Part shown: piece by piece, positions 58,604 through 64,000 of the stretch
Layout: each line of letters opens with the position of its first letter
Numbering within the stretch: the first letter of the stretch is position 1
Assembly: GCA_026390345.1 (NCBI GenBank)
Contig: JAPLGD010000089.1
Span: forward strand, 28,088 to 92,087
DNA: 64,000 nt
Direction of reading: 5' to 3'
From: Candidatus Bipolaricaulota bacterium
GTDB lineage: Bacteria; Bipolaricaulota; Bipolaricaulia; UBA7950; UBA9294
Notes under the pieces: model-generated
What the model was told of the DNA's origin: nothing
Database searches by the model: none
What the model saw: only the letters and a program-made list of their open reading frames with translations
Made by a program: the position numbers and the translations under genes

Positions 58604-59232
58604 TCACCGACTCCTTTTCCCGAACTCCAACTCAGCTCTATTGAAACCGAGACCCCGGAGAAGTCGACGAACGGCGTCCCGCGTCCTCGATACGTCTGTC
58701 CCGAAGCGTCGGTCATCTCCCACACCGGTAACCATTCCAGACCCGCCGCAACGCCAAGCGACAGTCTCTTCCCCAGCGGGACTCGGTAGCCTGCTCGTCC
58801 TGCCACACCCAATCCCCACCCGCCGAGACCCGCATACCGGGCCTCGGCGAAGTCGAACGTGCCTCTGTACACGCCAAGGTCGGTCTGGAAGCGCCAAGAT
58901 CCGAGGCGGTACTCGCACCACGCGTAGCCTCCCACCAGGGACGCTGCTGCATCCGTCTCCCGCTCTGAGACGCGGGCTCCGAGGACTCTCCCCCCCACGC
59001 CACCGCGCAGCCGATCGGAGAAAGATGCAATCGGCATGCGAAAGTCGCCCCCGATCCCCAGCCCAAGATCGGGAATCGTCGCGCCCGCCTCCTCTTCGTA
59101 CGCGGCGAGGAGGCCATTTGCATACGCGAAGGGGGCGTAGAACGCCGAGAGCCCTCCTTCCATCTCGAAGGCAACCACCGGAATCCCAACCGCCATCATC
59201 AGGCAGAGGGCGATACCCCATTGCCGAACCAT
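58600..59232 (-). CDS. Small (~210 aa) putative outer-membrane beta-barrel protein
   Basis: Signal peptide and a Gly/aromatic-rich alternating pattern. ATGA overlap with the downstream barrel gene; located 64 nt downstream of the giant cargo gene. Confidence 0.4.
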   Translation of the reverse strand: MVRQWGIALCLMMAVGIPVVAFEMEGGLSAFYAPFAYANGLLAAYEEEAGATIPDLGLGIGGDFRMPIASFSDRLRGGVGGRVLGARVSERETDAAASLVGGYAWCEYRLGSWRFQTDLGVYRGTFDFAEARYAGLGGWGLGVAGRAGYRVPLGKRLSLGVAAGLEWLPVWEMTDASGQTYRGRGTPFVDFSGVSVSIELSWSSGKGVGE

Positions 59233-59316
59233 CTCGATCCCCTTCCACGTCACCTAGTGAAAAGGGCCCTGGAGTTCTCTCCCCAGGGCCCCGTAGCTTC
59301 GCTTCGAACCGAGGAT

Positions 59317-62300
59317 CTAGCGAAGGATGACCAGCTTCTGCACCTTCGTCTGGATCCACTCTCCATTGATCAGGACGTACGCTCGGTAGAGGTAAATCCC
59401 GTTCGCTAGGAACTCACCGTAGCTGTTTTCGGTGTGCCATACCAGCTCGTTCCCCGCGATCTCCTCTTCGTACACGAGCGTCCCGCTCAGGTCGTAAATC
59501 ACGATCCGCATCGCCTCAACTTCAGTGTTGCGGACCATGAACGTTGTCGTGTGGACGTCCTTCACCGGGTTCGGGACGTTCATGACGTCCAGACTGCCGG
59601 CGACGTCACGCGACGCCGACTTCTCCTCGGACTTCGTCGGCAGCGTCGCAGCGCCACTTGCAGACGCGCTGCGAACCTTCAGATTGTCGACGAGCCATCC
59701 GACATAGTCGTTGTACCACTTGTCGACCGAGTCGAAGAGGAACCGGATCGTCATTGTCTCGGCACCGCCTGTCAGGTAGGTGCCCGCGCTGACGTCGCGC
59801 TCCCACTCCTCGGTCGACGCCGTGCCCGAATCGGCCGTCCAGATGGTTCTCCAGTCGCCGTCGTCGAGCCTGACTTGAATCTGAGTCTTGTCGTATCCGC
59901 CGTTCGTGAAGTTCTCGACAGCGCGCCAGTAGTCGAAGACGACCTTGAACGCCTCGACTCCCGATCCGACGGTAAGGTCGATCACGGGGCTGACGAGCGT
60001 CAGCGTCCCCGTCGTCCTCGCGTCGGTGTTGTAGTCCGGCGTAGTCGTGTTGTCGTGCTGGCCGTAGTACGCGGCGTGGTTGCCGGCCCCGAGGTCATCG
60101 ACGCCGGTGACGCCGGTGTCAGCCGTGAAGTGCCACAGACCACCGAGGCCCCACGACGGGTCGTTCTCGAAGTCCTCGAACAGCAGGCTCACTTCTTGAC
60201 CGACCACGATGGTGCACGTCCTCGTTGCGACTTCATTCCAGGCTTCGTCGCGGACGCGGAGCGTGAAGGTGAAGCTACCCGAAGCCCGCGGTGTCCCTTG
60301 GATGTAGGCCGTTCTGCGGTCGGTTGAGTCGACGGTGAGACCGAGCCCCGAGGGCAACGTGCCGGAAGCAATTTCCCAGATCGGGACAATGCTGTCCGAC
60401 CCGCCCGCCGCCGTGAGCTCCTCGTCATAGTACTCGCCGACGGAGGCCTCCGCCTTCGGGCAGTTCGAAATCCCGAGCTCGGCGCTGCCGGCGTATAGCG
60501 TGACCTCATCGATCAGCCAGCCGTAGGCCTCGCCCGCCTTCGCGTTGCCCGAGCCGTCGATCGAGTCGAAGCAGAACCGCAGCTGGATCTTCACACCTTC
60601 CTTCAGCAGGATTCCAGTGTGCGCTTCCTGCCACGTCCATGCTGCTTCCGACTTGTTCGTCGACGACTTCGACCAGATCGTTCGCCACGCTCCACCTTCG
60701 AAGCGCATGTCGACCCAAGTCTTGTCGTACTCGCCGCCGGTGAAGTACTCGACATTCCTCCACGACTTGAACCCGACGATCAGCTCTTCTCCGTCGTACG
60801 CCTCCTTGATCGCGTACCAAGCCGAGAGGAGGCAGCCCTTCGCCCGGCCAACCGCGAAGTTCGGGTCCTCCGGATCCGACGTCGTACCGTCGTCGTACTG
60901 CCCGAAGTACGCCACGTGTCCGTACTCGCACTCCGCGTCTCCAGTCAACGCGTACTTAACGTGCCCGGTTTCGTGCCACAGGTTCTCCGGGTCGCTCGGC
61001 ACGGACGGAATCGGGTCACCCTCGACCGTCCACGTCGCGCTGTTCTGCCACGTGTCCCAGTTCGCGCAGCACGGAGGCTGTGCGCTCGCCGTTGGGCAGT
61101 CGTCGAAGTCCTGCGAGTAGTCGATCTCGTTGGCCGACCCGCTACCCGAGGGCGTTCGGATGTTCAGGGTCAGCGTCTTCGTCTGCGGCCGGCCCTCAAT
61201 GCACGTGAGGACGAACGTAATCTCGTACGTCCCCGACGTCCCCGGATCCGGCTCGCCATAGAGCCGTCCGATGGAGTCGAGCGCCAATCGGCGCGGCAGC
61301 GACGACCGCTCGCCGTCCTTGACGACCGACTTGATCGCCCATGACCGCGCACCCGTTGCAGCACCATCGATGACCTGTGGGCACAGATCGACGTCGTACT
61401 TCTCCCCGATCGTCGCCTGCGGCAAGTAGTCGGTGCAGATCAAACACCCGGTCGGGTCCGGCGAGTGGGTCTTCACGATGTTGTCGATCAACCAGCCGAA
61501 CGAGTCGTTGGACGCTCCGTCGACTGAGTTGAAGCCGAACCGAATCCGCATGCGCGTCGCGTGCGGCGGGACGATGACCCTGTACTCGTCGTCGGTGTAG
61601 GCTTCCTCGTCCGCGTCAAGGTAGTGGGTGATCGTCGCTTCGGCCCAGTCCCCCTCGTTCGCGTCGCTCGAGTCCTTGTACCAAACCGTCTTCCAGTCGC
61701 CGCCATTGCAGTCCTCGACGTCGCCGGGGTTCGACACCGTGAACGGGTCGTAGTCGAGGTCCGACCAGTCGTCGAACAAGACCTGGACGTAGGTCCAGTC
61801 GTAGGCGCCCATGTACTGCTCGACCTCACGGAAGTACTCGAACGAGATGCTCACGTACTGGTCGCCCGGGTTGATCTCGTTCCACGGCGAGCACACAACG
61901 CCAACCGAGGCCTCGCCCATGTCGTAGTCCCCGGTTTCTTTGTTGCCGAAGTAGAGGGCGTAGTCGGGAGACGGGAACTCATCTGCACCCGTAGGCACCC
62001 CGACACCCACGAAGTCGGACTCACTAACGAGGTTCCACAGGTTCTGATCGTCGATCTGCAGACAGTGGTCGCACAAGCACCACCTGTCCCACTCTCGTGC
62101 CGGCTCGCCCGAGCCGGGCGCCTGCGTCCAATCGTCGAATCCGCCCGCATTCTCCCAGCTGAGTCCGTCCTCAAGTTCCTTCTCATACCAGGAAGGCTCG
62201 ATGCGGTAGACACCGCCGTGCGCGATGATACCCTCGGTCCAGTTGAGCTTGACGTCGTCAACAACGGTCTTCCCGATGTGGATGTCCTGCGGGCTCGCCA

Positions 62301-62949
62301 CGTTCGAACACCCAACCTGCTCGCCCACGACACCCATGAGAACGAGGACTTCCACGACGCTGTAGGCGCCGTAGGCGGTCTGCAACTCGGCGAACGTGCC
62401 AGTATCAGCAACAGTGATGGTCGACGGGTCGACCGTGTCGCTGTCGGCCATTTCGACCGATCCCCACCACCAGTCAGCCGCGCCCGCATCAAACGGCGCA
62501 CAAGTGTGATCCGCGAGCGTCCCCGGGTTCGGCGCCGCCTCGCTGACCGCGAGGTAGTAGTTCCCCCCGCTGAACAGCAGGAACGCGAGGCTCGGGCCGC
62601 TGTCGGACTGAACTGTGCCCAGCATCACGTACTCGAACCCCAACCCGGGACCGGCCACGACGTCCTCGAGAAGGAACCGCTTCGCGCAGTCGAGGGCCAT
62701 GTATGCCCAATTGCCTTCGAAGTACGTCGCAAGTTCCATGCCCCAGTGGTCGGCGACAGCGCAGTAGTCACCGGGTGCTGTTGGGTTGTCCAGACAAACC
62801 TCGTCGTGCTTCTCACGGTACCACCACTGTGCTTCTCCGCCGTCCGCGTGGCGCGTGATCTCTGCCATCGCCACGGTCGAGAGGATCACCACGGCGGCAA
62901 GCGAGAGAACCGCCACAAGGCTTGCTCTCCTTCTACTTCTGCTGCCCAT
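59317..62949 (-). CDS. Giant (1210 aa) secreted protein with a T9SS C-terminal sorting domain, two Ig-like (He_PIG/cadherin-like) domains and three copies of a ~170-aa MAM-like or choice-of-anchor-type domain
   Basis: Perfect AAGGAGG Shine-Dalgarno; signal peptide. Repeated module ...LW[HN]...A[LY]YFG...L.SP...L.F.[YW]R.VE...G.YDKT.V..R...G.W.TIW......EW.......L..G.....RF.FDSVD......GWL[IV]DN. C-terminal VYDLSGTLVYEEE...GIYLYRAYVLINGE resembles a T9SS CTD. Confidence 0.75.
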   Translation of the reverse strand: MGSRSRRRASLVAVLSLAAVVILSTVAMAEITRHADGGEAQWWYREKHDEVCLDNPTAPGDYCAVADHWGMELATYFEGNWAYMALDCAKRFLLEDVVAGPGLGFEYVMLGTVQSDSGPSLAFLLFSGGNYYLAVSEAAPNPGTLADHTCAPFDAGAADWWWGSVEMADSDTVDPSTITVADTGTFAELQTAYGAYSVVEVLVLMGVVGEQVGCSNVASPQDIHIGKTVVDDVKLNWTEGIIAHGGVYRIEPSWYEKELEDGLSWENAGGFDDWTQAPGSGEPAREWDRWCLCDHCLQIDDQNLWNLVSESDFVGVGVPTGADEFPSPDYALYFGNKETGDYDMGEASVGVVCSPWNEINPGDQYVSISFEYFREVEQYMGAYDWTYVQVLFDDWSDLDYDPFTVSNPGDVEDCNGGDWKTVWYKDSSDANEGDWAEATITHYLDADEEAYTDDEYRVIVPPHATRMRIRFGFNSVDGASNDSFGWLIDNIVKTHSPDPTGCLICTDYLPQATIGEKYDVDLCPQVIDGAATGARSWAIKSVVKDGERSSLPRRLALDSIGRLYGEPDPGTSGTYEITFVLTCIEGRPQTKTLTLNIRTPSGSGSANEIDYSQDFDDCPTASAQPPCCANWDTWQNSATWTVEGDPIPSVPSDPENLWHETGHVKYALTGDAECEYGHVAYFGQYDDGTTSDPEDPNFAVGRAKGCLLSAWYAIKEAYDGEELIVGFKSWRNVEYFTGGEYDKTWVDMRFEGGAWRTIWSKSSTNKSEAAWTWQEAHTGILLKEGVKIQLRFCFDSIDGSGNAKAGEAYGWLIDEVTLYAGSAELGISNCPKAEASVGEYYDEELTAAGGSDSIVPIWEIASGTLPSGLGLTVDSTDRRTAYIQGTPRASGSFTFTLRVRDEAWNEVATRTCTIVVGQEVSLLFEDFENDPSWGLGGLWHFTADTGVTGVDDLGAGNHAAYYGQHDNTTTPDYNTDARTTGTLTLVSPVIDLTVGSGVEAFKVVFDYWRAVENFTNGGYDKTQIQVRLDDGDWRTIWTADSGTASTEEWERDVSAGTYLTGGAETMTIRFLFDSVDKWYNDYVGWLVDNLKVRSASASGAATLPTKSEEKSASRDVAGSLDVMNVPNPVKDVHTTTFMVRNTEVEAMRIVIYDLSGTLVYEEEIAGNELVWHTENSYGEFLANGIYLYRAYVLINGEWIQTKVQKLVILR

Positions 62950-63372
62950 TCCGCGCCTCCTTGCTTCAGTCGTCCGCACTATCGATTGAACTGAACACCA
63001 GATTCCCTGGCCTTCATCGTAAACCACCCACTGGGAGAGCGAATCCGGAACTCCTGTTCAGTCATTCTCCGCACCTCTGATCTAGTAGCTCCTCTAATGG
63101 GGTCGGGCAATTATAGGCCCCTCCGCACAAATGGTCTGTAATGCCCGTCACGCACCCGAGTGGATGCGCTCTTCCGGAAGACGCCCGACTCCACACGTGC
63201 CGCCACGGCGCGGCCGCGGGCCTCCGCCATGTCCCCGGTTGGTCCATCGCCCCTCTCCTGGGCGCGCGAAGCTCGCCCAAGACGGGAAGCTCGCCCAAGA
63301 GAGTGAGGGCGGTAACGCTTCTCCGCCGCGCGTCACCGCCCTCTTCCTCAACTGCTTCGGATGGCCTGTCTT

Positions 63373-64000
63373 CTACTCCAACGAGATGAAAACCGTCGCA
63401 AACGTCACCACGAGCCGGTCTCCGTACTGCCGCCGCCACTCTGAGAAGCCCCCGAGGAGGACGCTCACGTTGAGATACCCGGCGCGAAGCATCGCGTCTG
63501 CAATGTAGGAAGCCTCCTCCCCCGTTTCGTCGTACAGGATCACAGGAATCCCGGTCGGAATATGCGGGAGCCATGAATCGATCTCTCCAGGCTGAAGATT
63601 CACAGCGCCCACAAGGTGCCCCTGCTCGTAGTTCGCCAGAGGGCGAACGTCGATTACGAGCGCTAGGCTGCGCCCGACCTCTTCGCCCTTGACGAAGTAC
63701 GCCTGGGCGTTGACAACAGTGCCAACAAGAGACACCACGACCTCCCCGTTCTCCGGATCGTTCGTGGTGATGTGCACGGCCTTCGACACCCTCGATCCGC
63801 CGTACCCTTCCGTAGAGAGGGTTACTCCAAGTCGCACCGACTTCCCAGGGTCGACTGTCGAGGTCGACAGGTTCGTCGCCGTGCAGCCGCAACTGGCTCG
63901 CACGTCGCTGATCACGAGCGGCGCATCCCCCTGGTTCTCGATCAGGAATGCGTGTTCGACCTTGTCCCCTTCAATGGCCACGCCGAAGTCGTACTCGGGC
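63373..64000 (-). CDS. DUF1573 (ASCGCT motif) domain fused to a rhodanese-like domain; the N-terminus is probably beyond the window end
   Basis: ENQGDAPLVISDVRASCGCTA is typical of DUF1573. The C-terminal part looks like a single-domain rhodanese fold (LVIDVRPLANYEQGHLVGAVNL...PVILYDETGEEAS...AGYLNVSVLLGGFSEW), but no active-site Cys is seen in the usual loop position, so the domain may be inactive. No signal peptide appears after the in-window Met, so the true start is likely upstream. Confidence 0.55.
   Translation of the reverse strand, partial: PEYDFGVAIEGDKVEHAFLIENQGDAPLVISDVRASCGCTATNLSTSTVDPGKSVRLGVTLSTEGYGGSRVSKAVHITTNDPENGEVVVSLVGTVVNAQAYFVKGEEVGRSLALVIDVRPLANYEQGHLVGAVNLQPGEIDSWLPHIPTGIPVILYDETGEEASYIADAMLRAGYLNVSVLLGGFSEWRRQYGDRLVVTFATVFISLE

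Noticed and set aside
1-64000. tRNA, rRNA, IS elements, integrases, phage genes
   Set aside because: Every intergenic gap over 150 nt was inspected by eye. No cloverleaf-like tRNA candidates, transposase or integrase ORFs, or terminal inverted repeats were seen. GC content looks uniform, which gives no sign of a horizontally acquired island.

Overview
This is a high-GC (about 65-70%) stretch of a bacterial chromosome, densely packed with genes and showing no mobile elements, CRISPR arrays, rRNA or tRNA. The gene content points to a diderm organism with a type IX secretion system, so probably an FCB-superphylum-like lineage such as Gemmatimonadota or a related candidate phylum; that placement is inference only.

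Housekeeping genes, in window order:
- Start of the window: rho (partial), rpiB, a GT2 glycosyltransferase, a DinG-like helicase and miaB.
- Around 17 kb: aspS, translationally coupled to a MoxR AAA+ / DUF58 / DUF4129 module.
- Around 29-34 kb: rplM, purA and ileS.
- 35.4-46.7 kb, minus strand: a nine-gene de novo purine operon, purM-purSL-purQ-purH-purCE-purD-purN-purF. It contains two unusual fusions, PurC-PurE (class-II-like, as in animal PAICS) and PurS-PurL.
- After the pur operon: upp and tgt.

Unusual loci, most interesting first:
1. A single 1070-aa ORF fuses an inner-membrane LptF/G permease to a complete outer-membrane LptD (OstA) through a signal-peptide-like hydrophobic linker.
2. 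A minus-strand operon at 23.0-29.0 kb encodes three secreted multidomain proteins and a lipoprotein. The proteins share a recurring E-x-LP-x-GW beta-sandwich-like module and a conserved C-terminal domain ending ...IAYWLTG...DPLP that I cannot assign to a known family.
3. A type IX cargo cluster at 53.4-63.0 kb pairs a roughly 10x PKD-repeat protein and a 1210-aa giant protein (both with T9SS C-terminal domains) with co-transcribed PorP/SprF- or PorV-like beta-barrel genes.

Smaller oddities:
- Two NosD-like beta-helix proteins, one fused to a DUF192 domain.
- A 29-aa hydrophobic mini-ORF.
- A thioesterase with a tandem octapeptide-repeat tail.
- An intergenic 27-nt tandem repeat array.
- A promoter-plus-attenuator-like leader in front of the pur operon.

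ORF-track coordinates are used wherever possible. Hand-located motifs are good to about +/-2 nt.
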